Program-made: the position numbers and the translations under genes
Source: Eledone cirrhosa
Lineage: Eukaryota
NCBI GenBank assembly: GCA_964016885.1
Contig: OZ024748.1
Coordinates: 36,890,001-36,954,000, forward strand
Length of the DNA: 64,000 bases
Direction of reading: 5' to 3'
Shown here: one piece after another, positions 43,801 through 58,800 of the stretch
Layout: the number at the start of each line of letters is the position of its first letter
Numbering within the stretch: position 1 is the first letter of the stretch
The notes under the pieces: generated by a model
The model's input: the letters and a program-made list of their open reading frames with translations, nothing else
Database searches by the model: none
Told to the model about the DNA's origin: nothing

Positions 43801-45929
43801 CTGTCTCTCCCACTCTCTCATATTAGACGAGGTCCTAACACAGAGGAACCAAACTCTCACTGTGACTGCCTCTGTCTCTCCCACTCTCTCACATTACATC
43901 AGGTCCCAACACAGAGGAACCAAACTCCCACTGTCACTGCCTCTGTCTCTCCCACTCTCTCATATTAGACCAGGTCCTAACACAGAGGAACCAAACTCCC
44001 ACTGTGACTGCCTCTGTCTCTCCCACTCTCTCACATTACATCAGGTCCCAACACAGAGGAACCAAACTCCCACTGTCACTGCCTCTGTCTCTCCCACTCT
44101 CTCATATTACACCAGGTCCCAACACAGAGGAACCAAACTCCCACTGTCACTGCCTCTGTCTCTCCCACTCTCTCATATTACACCAGGTCCCAACACAGAG
44201 GGACCAAACTCCCACTGTCACTGCCTCTCTCTCTCCCACTCTCTCATATTACACCAGGTCCCAACACAGAGGTACCAAACTCCCATGGTCACTGCCTCTG
44301 TCTCTCCCACTCTCTCATATTACACCAGGTCCCAACACAAAGGAACCAAACTCCCTCTGTCACTGCCTCTGTCTCTCCCACTCTCTCATATTACACCAGG
44401 TCCTAACACAGAGGAACCAAACTCCCACTGTCACTGCCTCTGTCTCTCCCACTCTCTCATATTACACCAGGTCCTAACACAGAGGAACCAAACCCCCACT
44501 GTCACTGCCTCTCTCTCTCCCACTCTCTCATATTACACCAGGTCCTAACACAGAGGAACCAAACACCCACTGTCACTGCCTCTCTCTCTCCCACTCTCTC
44601 ATATTACACCAGGTCCTAACACAGAGGAACCGAACTCCCACTGTCACTGCCTCCGTCTCTCACACTCTCTCATACTAAACCAGGTCCAACACAGAGGAAC
44701 CAAACTCCCACTGTCACTGCCTCTGTCTCTCCCACTCTCTCATATACACCAGGTCTGAACACAGAGGTACGAGACCCCCACTGTCACTGCCTCTGTCTCT
44801 TCCACTCTCTCATATTACACCAGGTCCTAACACAGAGGAACCAAACTCCCACTGTCACTGCCTCTGTCTCTCCCACTCTCTCATATTACACCAGGTCCCA
44901 ACACAGAGGAACCAAACTCCCACTGTCACTGCCTCTGTCTCTCCCACTCTCTCATATTACTCCAGGTCCCAACACAGAGGAACCAAACTCCCACTGTCAC
45001 TGCGTCTGTCTCTCCCACTCTCTCATATTACACCAGGTCCCAACACAGAGGAACCAAACTCCCACTGTCACTGCCTCTGTCTCTCCCACTCTCTCATATT
45101 AGACCAGGTCCTAACACAGAGAAACCAAACTCCCACTGTCACTGCCTCTGTCTCTCCCACTCTCTCATATTACACCAGGTCCCAACACAGAGGTACCAAA
45201 CTCCCACTGTCACTGCCTCTGTCTCTCCCACTCTCTCATATTACAACAAATCCCAACACAGAGGAACCAAACTCCCACTGTCACTGCCTCTGTCTCTCCC
45301 ACTCTCTCATATTACAACAAATCCCAACACAGAGGAACCAAACTCCCACTGTCACTGCCTCTGTCTCTCCCACTCTCTCACATTACACCAGTTCCCAACA
45401 CAGAGGAACCAAACTCCCACTGTCACTGCCTCTGTCTCTCCGACACTCTCATATTACACCAGGTCCTAACACAGAGGTACCAAACTCCCACTGTCAGTGC
45501 CTCTGTCTCTCCCACTCTCTCATACTAAACCAAGTCCAACACAGAGGAACCAAACTCCTACTGTCACTGCCTCTGTCTCTCCCACTCTCTCATATACACC
45601 ACGTCCGAACACAGAGGTATGAAACCCCCACTGTCACTGCCTCTGTCTCTCCCACTCTCTCATATTACACCAGGTCCTAACACAGAGGAACCAAACTCCC
45701 ACTGTCACTGCCTCTGTCTCTCCCACTCTCTCATATTACACCAGGTCCTAACACAGAGGAACCAAACTCCCACTGTCACTGCCTCTGTCTCTCCCACTCT
45801 CTCATATTACACCAGGTCCCAACACAGAGGAACCAAACTCCCACTGTCACTGCCTCTGTCTCTCCCACTCTCTCATATTACACCAGGTCCCAACACAGAG
45901 GAACCAAACTCCCACTGTCACTATCCGCT

Positions 45930-48900
45930 GTCTCTCCCACTCTCTCATATTACACCAGGTCCCAACACAGAGGAACCAATCTCCCACTGTCGCTGCCTCT
46001 GTCTCTCCCACTCTCTCATATTACACCAGGTCCTAACACAGAGGAACCAAACCCCCACTGTCACTGCCTCTCTCTCTCCCACTCTCTCACATTACACCAG
46101 TTCCCAACACAGAGGAACCAAACTCCCACCGTCACTCCCTCTGTCTCTCCCACTCTCTCATATTACACCATGTCCCAACACAGAGGGACCAAACTCCCAC
46201 TGTGACTGCCTCTGTCTCTCCCACTGTCTCACGTTACACCAGTTCCCAACACAGAGGAACCAAACTCCCACTGTCACTGCCTCTCTCTCCCCCACTCTCT
46301 CATATTACACCAGGTCCTAACACAGAGGAACCAAACTCCCACTGTCACTGCCTCCGTCTCTCCCACTCTGTCATACTAAACCAGGTCCAACACAGAGGAA
46401 CCAAACTCCCACTGTCACTGCCTCTCTCTCTCCCACTCTCTCATATTAGACCAGGTCCTAACACAGAGGAACCAAACTCCCACTGTGACTGCCTCTGTCT
46501 CTCCCACTCTCTCACATTACACCAGTTCCCAACACAGAGGAACCAAACTCCCACTGTCACTGCCTCTGTCTCTCCCACACTCTCATATGACACCAGGTCC
46601 TAACACAGAGGTACCAAACTCCCACTGTCACTGCCTCCGTCTCTCCCACTCTCTCATACTAAACCAGGTCCAATACAGAGGAACCAAACTCCTACTGTCA
46701 CTGCCTCTGTCTCTCCCACTCTCTCATATACACCAGGTCCAAACACAGAGGTACGAAACCCCCACTGACACTGCCTCTGTCTCTCCCACTCTCTCATATT
46801 ACACCAGGTCCTAACACAGAGGAACCAAACTCCCACTGTCACTGCTTCCGTCTCTCCCACTCTCTCATACTAAACCAGGTCCAACACAGAGGAACCAAAC
46901 TCCTACTGTCACTGCCTCTGTCTCTCCCACTCTCTCATATACACAAGGTCCGAACACAGAGGTACGAAACCCCCACTGTCACTGCCTCTGTCTCTCCCAC
47001 TCTCTCATATTACACCAGGTCCTAACACAGAGGAACCAAACTCCCACTGTCACTGCCTCCGTCTCTCCCACTCTCTCATACTAAACCAGGTCCAACACAG
47101 AGGAACCAAACTCCCTCTGTCACTGCCTCTGTCTCTCCCACTCTCTCATATTACACCAGGTCCTAACACAGAGGAACCAAACTCCCACTGTCACTGCCTC
47201 TGTCTCTGCCACTCTCTCATATTACACCAGGTCCCAACAAAGAGGGACCAAACTCCCACTGTCACTGCCTCTCTCTCTCCCACTCTCTCATATTACACCA
47301 GGTCCCAACACAGAGGAACCAAACTCCCTCTGTCACTGCCTCTGTCTCTCCCACTCTCTCATATTACACCAGGTCCTAACACAGAGGAACCAAACTCCCA
47401 CTGTCACTGCCTCTGTCTCTCCCACTCTCTCATATTACACCAGATCCCAACACAGAGGAACCAAACTCCCACTGTCACTGCCTCTGTCTCTCCCACTCTC
47501 TCATATTACACCAGGTCCTAACACAGAGGAACCAAACCCCCACTGTCACTGCCTCTCTCTCTCCCACTCTCTCATATTACACCAGGTCCTAACACAGAGG
47601 AACCAAACACCCACTGTCACTGCCTCTCTCTCTCCCACTCTCTCATATTACACCAGGTCCTAACACAGAGGAACCGAACTCCCACTGTCACTGCCTCCGT
47701 CTCTCACACTTTCTCATACTAAACCAGGTCCAACACAGAGGAACCAAACTCCCACTGTCACTGCCTCTGTCTCTCCCACTCTCTCATATACACCAGGTCT
47801 GAACACAGAGGTACGAGACCCCCACTGTCACTGCCTCTGTCTCTTCCACTCTCTCATATTACACCAGGTCCTAACACTGAGGAACCAAACTCCCACTGTC
47901 ACTGCTTCTGTCTCTCCCACTCTCTCATATTACACCAGGTCCCAACACAGAGGAACCAAACTCCCACTGTCACTGCCTCTGTCTCTCCCACTCTCTCATA
48001 TTACACCAGGTCTTACACAGAGGAACCAAACTCCCACTGTCACTGCCTCTGTCTCTCCCACTCTCTCATATTACAACAGGTCCCAACACAGAGGAACCAA
48101 ACTCCCACTGTCACTGCCTCTGTCTCTCCCACTCTCTCATATTAGACCAGGTCCTAACACAGAGGTACCAAACTCCCACTGTCAGTGCCTCTGTCTCTCC
48201 CACTCTCTCATACTAAACCAAGTCCAACACAGAGGAACCAAACTCCTACTGTCACTGCCTCTGTCTCTCCCACTCTCTCATATACACCAGGTCCGAACAC
48301 AGAGGTATGAAACCCCCACTGTCACTGCCTCTGTCTCTCCCACTCTCTCATATTACACCAGGTCCTAACACAGAGGAACCAAACCCCCACTGTCACTGCC
48401 TCTCTCTCTCCCACTCTCTCACATTACACCAGTTCCCAACACAGAGGAACCAAACTCCCACTGTCGATCCCTCTGTCTCTCCCACTCTCTCATATTACAC
48501 CAGGTCCTAACACAGAGGAACCAAACTCCCACCGTCACTCCCTCTGTCTCTCCCACTCTCTCATATTACACCATGTCCCAACACAGAGGGACCAAACTCG
48601 CACTGTCACTGCCTCTCTCTCTCCCACTCTCTCATATTAAACCAGGTCCCAACACAGAGGACCCGAACTCCCACTGTCATTGCCTCTGTCTCTCCCACTC
48701 TCTCATATTACACCAGGCACTAACACAGAGGAACCAAACTCCCACTGTGACTGCCTCTGTCTCTCCCACTCTCTCACGTTACACCAGTTCCCAACACAGA
48801 GGAACCAAACTCCCACTGTCACTGCCTCTCTCTCTCCCACTCTCTCATATTACACCAGGTCCTAACACAGAGGAACCAAACTCCCACTGTCACTGCCTCC

Positions 48901-51900
48901 GTCTCTCCCACTCTGTCATACTAAACCAGGTCCAAACACAGAGGTACGAAACCCCCACTGACACTGCCTCTGTCTCTCCCACTCTCTCATATTACACCAG
49001 GTCCTAACACAGAGGAACCAAACTCCCACTGTCACTGCTTCCGTCTCTCCCACTCTCTCATACTAAACCAGGTCCAACACAGAGGAACCAAACTCCTACT
49101 GTCACTGCCTCTGTCTCTCCCACTCTCTCATATACACAAGGTCCGAACACAGAGGTACGAAACCCCCACTGTCACTGCCTCTGTCTCTCCCACTCTCTCA
49201 TATTACACCAGGTCCTAACACAGAGGAACCAAACTCCCACTGTCACTGCCTCCGTCTCTCCCACTCTCTCATACTAAACCAGGTCCAACACAGAGGAACC
49301 AAACTCCCTCTGTCACTGCCTCTGTCTCTCCCACTCTCTCATATTACACCAGGTCCCAACACAGAGGAACCAATCTCCCACTGTCGCTGCCTCTGTCTCT
49401 CCCACTCTCTCATATTACACCAGGTCCTAACACAGAGGAACCAAACCCCCACTGTCACTGCCTCTCTCTCTCCCACTCTCTCACATTACACCAGTTCCCA
49501 ACACAGAGGAACCAAACTCCCACCGTCACTCCCTCTGTCTCTCCCACTCTCTCATATTACACCATGTCCCAACACAGAGGGACCAAACTCCCACTGTGAC
49601 TGCCTCTGTCTCTCCCACTGTCTCACGTTACACCAGTTCCCAACACAGAGGAACCAAACTCCCACTGTCACTGCCTCTCTCTCCCCCACTCTCTCATATT
49701 ACACCAGGTCCTAACACAGAGGAACCAAACTCCCACTGTCACTGCCTCCGTCTCTCCCACTCTGTCATACTAAACCAGGTCCAACACAGAGGAACCAAAC
49801 TCCCACTGTCACTGCCTCTCTCTCTCCCACTCTCTCATATTAGACCAGGTCCTAACACAGAGGAACCAAACTCCCACTGTGACTGCCTCTGTCTCTCCCA
49901 CTCTCTCACATTACACCAGTTCCCAACACAGAGGAACCAAACTCCCACTGTCACTGCCTCTGTCTCTCCCACACTCTCATATGACACCAGGTCCTAACAC
50001 AGAGGTACCAAACTCCCACTGTCACTGCCTCCGTCTCTCCCACTCTCTCATACTAAACCAGGTCCAATACAGAGGAACCAAACTCCTACTGTCACTGCCT
50101 CTGTCTCTCCCACTCTCTCATATACACCAGGTCCAAACACAGAGGTACGAAACCCCCACTGACACTGCCTCTGTCTCTCCCACTCTCTCATATTACACCA
50201 GGTCCTAACACAGAGGAACCAAACTCCCACTGTCACTGCTTCCGTCTCTCCCACTCTCTCATACTAAACCAGGTCCAACACAGAGGAACCAAACTCCTAC
50301 TGTCACTGCCTCTGTCTCTCCCACTCTCTCATATACACAAGGTCCGAACACAGAGGTACGAAACCCCCACTGTCACTGCCTCTGTCTCTCCCACTCTCTC
50401 ATATTACACCAGGTCCTAACACAGAGGAACCAAACTCCCACTGTCACTGCCTCCGTCTCTCCCACTCTCTCATACTAAACCAGGTCCAACACAGAGGAAC
50501 CAAACTCCCTCTGTCACTGCCTCTGTCTCTCCCACTCTCTCATATTACACCAGGTCCTAACACAGAGGAACCAAACTCCCACTGTCACTGCCTCTGTCTC
50601 TGCCACTCTCTCATATTACACCAGGTCCCAACAAAGAGGGACCAAACTCCCACTGTCACTGCCTCTCTCTCTCCCACTCTCTCATATTACACCAGGTCCC
50701 AACACAGAGGAACCAAACTCCCTCTGTCACTGCCTCTGTCTCTCCCACTCTCTCATATTACACCATGTCCTAACACAGAGGAACCAAACTCCCACTGTCA
50801 CTGCCTCTGTCTCTCCCACTCTCTCATATTACACCAGATCCCAACACAGAGGAACCAAACTCCCACTGTCACTGCCTCTGTCTCTCCCACTCTCTCATAT
50901 TACACCAGGTCCTAACACAGAGGAACCAAACCCCCACTGTCACTGCCTCTCTCTCTCCCACTCTCTCATATTACACCAGGTCCTAACACAGAGGAACCAA
51001 ACACCCACTGTCACTGCCTCTCTCTCTCCCACTCTCTCATATTACACCAGGTCCTAACACAGAGGAACCGAACTCCCACTGTCACTGCCTCCGTCTCTCA
51101 CACTTTCTCATACTAAACCAGGTCCAACACAGAGGAACCAAACTCCCACTGTCACTGCCTCTGTCTCTCCCACTCTCTCATATACACCAGGTCTGAACAC
51201 AGAGGTACGAGACCCCCACTGTCACTGCCTCTGTCTCTTCCACTCTCTCATATTACACCAGGTCCTAACACTGAGGAACCAAACTCCCACTGTGAAAGCT
51301 TCTGTCTCTCCCACTCTCTCATATTACACCAGGTCCCAACACAGAGGAACCAAACTCCCACTGTCACTGCCTCTGTCTCTCCCACTCTCTCATATTACAC
51401 CAGGTCTTACACAGAGGAACCAAACTCCCACTGTCACTGCCTCTGTCTCTCCCACTCTCTCATATTACAACAGGTCCCAACACAGAGGAACCAAACTCCC
51501 ACTGTCACTGCCTCTGTCTCTCCCACTCTCTCATATTAGACCAGGTCCTAACACAGAGGTACCAAACTCCCACTGTCAGTGCCTCTGTCTCTCCCACTCT
51601 CTCATACTAAACCAAGTCCAACACAGAGGAACCAAACTCCTACTGTCACTGCCTCTGTCTCTCCCACTCTCTCATATACACCAGGTCCGAACACAGAGGT
51701 ATGAAACCCCCACTGTCACTGCCTCTGTCTCTCCCACTCTCTCATATTACACCAGGTCCTAACACAGAGGAACCAAACCCCCACTGTCACTGCCTCTCTC
51801 TCTCCCACTCTCTCACATTACACCAGTTCCCAACACAGAGGAACCAAACTCCCACTGTCGATCCCTCTGTCTCTCCCACTCTCTCATATTACACCAGGTC

Positions 51901-52750
51901 CTAACACAGAGGAACCAAACTCCCACCGTCACTCCCTCTGTCTCTCCCACTCTCTCATATTACACCATGTCCCAACACAGAGGGACCAAACTCGCACTGT
52001 CACTGCCTCTCTCTCTCCCACTCTCTCATATTAAACCAGGTCCCAACACAGAGGACCCGAACTCCCACTGTCATTGCCTCTGTCTCTCCCACTCTCTCAT
52101 ATTACACCAGGCACTAACACAGAGGAACCAAACTCCCACTGTGACTGCCTCTGTCTCTCCCACTCTCTCACGTTACACCAGTTCCCAACACAGAGGAACC
52201 AAACTCCCACTGTCACTGCCTCTCTCTCTCCCACTCTCTCATATTACACCAGGTCCTAACACAGAGGAACCAAACTCCCACTGTCACTGCCTCCGTCTCT
52301 CCCACTCTGTCATACTAAACCAGGTCCAAACACAGAGGTACGAAACCCCCACTGACACTGCCTCTGTCTCTCCCACTCTCTCATATTACACCAGGTCCTA
52401 ACACAGAGGAACCAAACTCCCACTGTCACTGCTTCCGTCTCTCCCACTCTCTCATACTAAACCAGGTCCAACACAGAGGAACCAAACTCCTACTGTCACT
52501 GCCTCTGTCTCTCCCACTCTCTCATATACACAAGGTCCGAACACAGAGGTACGAAACCCCCACTGTCACTGCCTCTGTCTCTCCCACTCTCTCATATTAC
52601 ACCAGGTCCTAACACAGAGGAACCAAACTCCCACTGTCACTGCCTCCGTCTCTCCCACTCTCTCATACTAAACCAGGTCCAACACAGAGGAACCAAACTC
52701 CCTCTGTCACTGCCTCTGTCTCTCCCACTCTCTCATATTACACCAGGTCC
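45930..52750. repeat. ~48-monomer tandem duplication (period 3394 bp x2)
   Basis: ORF pairs 46202/49596, 46485/49879, 46654/50048, 48307/51701 and 48573/51967 are offset by 3394. Confidence 0.92.
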
Positions 52751-53169
52751 TAACACAGAGGAACCAAACTCCCACTGTCACTGCCTCTGTCTCTGCCACT
52801 CTCTCATATTACACCAGGTCCCAACAAAGAGGGACCAAACTCCCACTGTCACTGCCTCTCTCTCTCCCACTCTCTCATATTACACCAGGTCCCAACACAG
52901 AGGAACCAAACTCCCTCTGTCACTGCCTCTCTCTCTCCCACTCTCTCATATTACACCAGGTCCTAACACAGAGGAACCAAACTCCCACTGTCACTGCTTC
53001 TGTCTCTCCCACTCTCTCATATTACACCAGGTCCCAACACAGAGGAACCAAACTCCCACTGTCACTGCCTCTGTCTCTCCCACTCTCTCATATTACACCA
53101 GGTCCTAACACAGAGGAACCAAACTCCCACTGTCACTGCCTCTGTCTCTCCCACTCTCTCATATTACAC

Positions 53170-55880
53170 CAGGTCCTAACACAGAGGAACCAAACTCCCA
53201 CTGTCACTGCCTCTGTCTCTCCCACTCTCTCATATTACACCAGGTCCCAACACAGAGGAACCAAACTCCCACTGTCACTGCCTCTGTCTCTCCCACTCTC
53301 TCATATTACTCCAGGTCCCAACACAGAGGAACCAAACTCCCACTGTCACTGCCTCTGTCTCTCCCACTCTCTCATATTACACCAGGTCCCAACACAGAGG
53401 AACCAAACTCCCACTGTCACTGCCTCTGTCTCTCCCACTCTCTCATATTACACCAGGTCCTAACACAGAGGAACCAAACTCCCACTGTCACTGCCTCTGT
53501 CTCTCCCACTCTCTCATATTACACCAGGTCCTAACACAGAGGAACCAAACCCCCACTGTCACTGCCTCTCTCTCTCCCACTCTCTCATATTACACCAGGT
53601 CCTAACACAGAGGAACCGAACTCCCACTGTCACTGCCTCTGTCTCTCCCACTCTCTCATATACACCACGTCCGAACACAGAGGTATGAAACCCCCACTGT
53701 CACTGCCTCTGTCTCTCCCACTCTCTCATATTACACCAGGTCCTAACACAGAGGAACCAAACCCCCACTGTCACTGCCTCTCTCTCTCCCACTCTCTCAC
53801 ATTACACCAGTTCCCAACACAGAGGAACCAAACTCCCACTGTAGATCCCTCTGTCTCTCCCACTCTCTCATATTACACCAGGTCCTAACACAGAGGAACC
53901 AAACTCCCACCGTCACTCCCTCTGTCTCTCCCACTCTCTCATATTACACCATGTCCCAACACAGAGGGACCAAACTCGCACTGTCACTGCCTCTCTCTCT
54001 CCCACTCTCTCATATTAAACCAGGTCCCAACACAGAGGAGCCGAACTCCCACTGTCATTGCCTCTGTCTCTCCCACTCTCTCATATTACACCAGGCACTA
54101 ACACAGAGGAACCAAACTCCCACTGTGACTGCCTCTGTCTCTCCCACTCTCTCACGTTACACCAGTTCCCAACACAGAGGAACCAAACTCCCACTGTCAC
54201 TGCCTCTCTCTCTCCCACTCTCTCATATTACACCAGGTCCTAACACAGAGGAACCAAACTCCCACTGTCACTGCCTCCGTCTCTCCCACTCTGTCATACT
54301 AAACCAGGTCCAACACAGAGGAACCAAACTCCCACTGTCACTGCCTCTCTCTCTCCCACTCTCTCATATTAGACCAGGTCCTAACACAGAGGAACCAAAC
54401 TCCCACTGTGACTGCCTCTGTCTCTCCCACTCTCTCACATTACACCAGTTCCCAACACAGAGGAACCAAACTCCCACTGTCACTGCCTCTGTCTCTTCCA
54501 CACTCTCATATGACACCAGGTCCTAACACAGAGGAACCAAACTCCCACTGTCACTGCCTCTGTCTCTCCCACTCTCTCATATTACACCAGGTCCCAACAC
54601 AGAGGAACCAAACTCCCACTGTCACTGCCTCTGTCTCTCCCACTCTCTCATATTACTCCAGGTCCCAACACAGAGGAACCAAACTCCCACTGTCACTGCC
54701 TCTGTCTCTCCCACTCTCTCATATTACACCAGGTCCCAACACAGAGGAACCAAACTCCCACTGTCACTGCCTCTGTCTCTCCCACTCTCTCATATTACAC
54801 CAGGTCCTAACACAGAGGAACCAAACTCCCACTGTCACTGCCTCTGTCTCTCCCACTCTCTCATATTACACCAGGTCCTAACACAGAGGAACCAAACCCC
54901 CACTGTCACTGCCTCTCTCTCTCCCACTCTCTCATATTACACCAGGTCCTAACACAGAGGAACCGAACTCCCACTGTCACTGCCTCTGTCTCTCCCACTC
55001 TCTCATATACACCACGTCCGAACACAGAGGTATGAAACCCCCACTGTCACTGCCTGTGTCTCTCCCACTCTCTCATATTACACCAGGTCCTAACACAGAG
55101 GAACCAAACACCCACTGTCACTGCCTCTCTCTCTCCCACTCTCTCACATTACACCAGTTCCCAACACAGAGGAACCAAACTCCCACTGTCGATCCCTCTG
55201 TCTCTCCCACTCTCTCATATTACACCAGGTCCTAACACAGAGGAACCAAACTCCCACCGTCACTCCCTCTGTCTCTCCCACTCTCTCATATTACACCATG
55301 TCCCAACACAGAGGGACCAAACTCGCACTGTCACTGCCTCTCTCTCTCCCACTCTCTCATATTAAACCAGGTCCCAACACAGAGGAGCCGAACTCCCACT
55401 GTCATTGCCTCTGTCTCTCCCACTCTCTCATATTACACCAGGCACTAACACAGAGGAACCAAACTCCCACTGTGACTGCCTCTGTCTCTCCCACTCTCTC
55501 ACGTTACACCAGTTCCCAACACAGAGGAACCAAACTCCCACTGTCACTGCCTCTCTCTCTCCCACTCTCTCATATTACACCAGGTCCTAACACAGAGGAA
55601 CCAAACTCCCACTGTCACTGCCTCCGTCTCTCCCACTCTGTCATACTAAACCAGGTCCAACACAGAGGAACCAAACTCCCACTGTCACTGCCTCTCTCTC
55701 TCCCACTCTCTCATATTAGACCAGGTCCTAACACAGAGGAACCAAACTCCCACTGTGACTGCCTCTGTCTCTCCCACTCTCTCACATTACACCAGTTCCC
55801 AACACAGAGGAACCAAACTCCCACTGTCACTGCCTCTGTCTCTTCCACACTCTCATATGACACCAGGTCCTAACACAGAG
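53170..55880. repeat. ~19-monomer tandem duplication (period 1347 bp x2); repeated at ~60110-62820
   Basis: ORF pairs 53685/55032, 53951/55298 and 60624/61971 are offset by 1347. Confidence 0.9.
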
Positions 55881-58800
55881 GTACCAAACTCCCACTGTCA
55901 CTGCCTCCGTCTCTCCCACTCTCTCATATTAAACCAGGTCCAATACAAAGGAACCAAACTCCTACTGTCACTGCCTCTGTCTCTCCCACTCTCTCATATA
56001 CACCAGGTCCAAACACAGAGGTACGAAACCCCCACTGACACTGCCTCTGTCTCTCCCACTCTCTCATATTACACCAGGTCCTAACACAGAGGAACCAAAC
56101 TCCCACTGTCACTGCCTCCATCTCTCCCACTCTCTCATACTAAACCAGGTCCAACACAGAGGAACCAAACTCCTACTGTCACTACCTCTGTCTCTCCCAC
56201 TCTCTCATATACACAAGGTCCGAACACAGAGGTACGAAACCCCCACTGTCACTGCCTCTGTCTCTCCCACTCTCTCATATTACACCAGGTCCTAACACAG
56301 AGGAACCAAACTCCCACTGTCACTGCCTCCGTCTCTCCCACTCTCTCATACTAAACCAGGTCCAACACAGAGGAACCAAACTCCCTCTGTCACTGCCTCT
56401 GTCTCTCCCACTCTCTCATATTACACCAGGTCCTAACACAGAGGAACCAAACTCCCACTGTCACTGCCTCTGTCTCTCCCACTCTCTCATATTACACCAG
56501 GTCCTAACACAGAGGAACCAAACTCCCTCTGTCACTGCCTCTGTCTCTCCCACTCTCTCATATTACACCAGGTCCAACACAGAGGAACCAAACTCCCACT
56601 GTCACTGCCTCTGTCTCTGCCACTCTCTCATATTACACCAGGTCCCAACAAAGAGGGACCAAACTCCCACTGTCACTGCCTCTCTCTCTCGCACTCTCTC
56701 ATATTACACCAGGTCCCAACACAGAGGAACCAAACTCCCTCTGTCACTGCCTCTGTCTCTCCCACTCTCTCATATTACACCAGGTCCTAACACAGAGGAA
56801 CCAAACTCCCACTGTCACTCCCTCTGTCTCTCCCACTCTCTCATATTACACCAGATCCCAACACAGAGGAACCAAACTCCCACTGTCACTGCCTCTGTCT
56901 CTCCCACTCTCTCATATTACACCAGGTCCTAACACAGAGGAACCAAACCCCCACTGTCACTGCCTCTCTCTCTCCCACTCTCTCATATTACACCAGGTCC
57001 TAACACAGAGGAACCAAACACCCACTGTCACTGCCTCTCTCTCTCCCACTCTCTCATATTACACCAGGTCCTAACACAGAGGAACCGAACTCCCACTGTC
57101 ACTGCCTCCGTCTCTCACACTCTCTCATACTAAACCAGGTCCAACACAGAGGAACCAACTCCCACTGTCACTGCCTCTGTCTCTCCCACTCTCTCATATT
57201 ACACCAGGTCCCAACAAAGAGGGACCAAACTCCCACTGTCACTGCCTCTGTCTCCTCCACTCTCTCATATTACACCAGGTCCTAACACAGAGGAACCAAA
57301 CTCCCACTGTCACTGCTTCTGTCTCTCCCACTCTCTCATATTACACCAGGTCCGAACACAGAGGAACCAAACTCCCACTGTCACTGCCTCTGTCTCTCCA
57401 ACTCTCTCATAATACACCAGGTCCCAACACAGAGGGACCAAACTCCCACTGTCACTGCCTCTCTCTCTCCCACTCTCTCATATTACACCAGGTCCCAACA
57501 CAGAGGAACCAAACTCCTTCTGTCACTGCCTCTGTCTCTCCCACTCTCTCATATTACACCAGGTCCTAACACAGAGGAACCAAACTCCCACTGTCACTGC
57601 CTCTGTCTCTCCCACTCTCTCATATTACACCAGATCCCAACACAGAGGAACCAAACTCCCATTGTCACTGCCTCTGTCTCTCCCACTCTCTCATATTACA
57701 CCACGTCCTAACACAGAGGAACCAAAACCCCACTGTCACTGCATCTCTCTCTCCCACTCTCTCATATTACACCAGGTCCTAAGACAGAGGAACCGAACTC
57801 CCACTGTCACTGCCTCCGTCTCTCACACTCTCTCATACTAAACCAGGTCCAACACAGAGGAACCAAACTCCCACTGTCACTGCCTCTGTCTCTCCCACTC
57901 TCTCATATACACCAGGTCTGAACACAGAGGTACGAGACCCCCACTGTCACTGCCTCTGTCTCTTCCACTCTCTCATTTTACACCAGGTCCTAACACAGAG
58001 GAACCAAACTCCCACTGTCACTGCCTCTGTCTCTCCCACTCTCTCATATTACACCAGGTCCCAACAGAGAGGAACCAAACTCCCACTCTCACTGCCTCTG
58101 TCTCTCCCACTCTCTCACATTACACCAGTTCCCAACACAGAGGAACCAAACTCCCACTGTCACTGCCTCTGTCTCTCCGACACTCTCATATTACACCAGG
58201 TCCTAACACAGAGGTACCAAACTCCCACTGTCAGTGCCTCCGTCTCTCCCACTCTCTCATACTAAACCGGGTCCAACACAGAGGAACCAAACTCCTACTG
58301 TCACTGCCTCTGTCTCTCCCACTCTCTCATATACACCACGTCCGAACACAGAGGTATGAAACCCCCACTGTCACTGCCTCTGTCTCTCCCACTCTCTCAT
58401 ATTACACCAGGTCCTAACACAGAGGAACCAAACTCCCACTGTCACTGCCTCTGTCACTCCCACTCTCTCATATTACACCAGGTCCTAACACAGAGGAACC
58501 AAACTCCCACTGTCACTGCCTCTGTCTCTCCCACTCTCTCATATTACACCAGGTCCCAACAAAGAGGGACCAAACTCCCACTGTCACTGCCTCTGTCTCT
58601 TCCACTCTCTCATATTACACCAGGTCCTAACACAGAGGAACCAAACTCCCACTGTCACTGCTTCTGTCTCTCCCACTCTCTCATATTACACCAGGTCCCA
58701 ACACAGAGGAACCAAACTCCCACTGTCACTGCCTCTGTCTCTCCCACTCTCTCATAATACACCAGGTCCCAACACAGAGGGACCAAACTCCCACTGTCAC

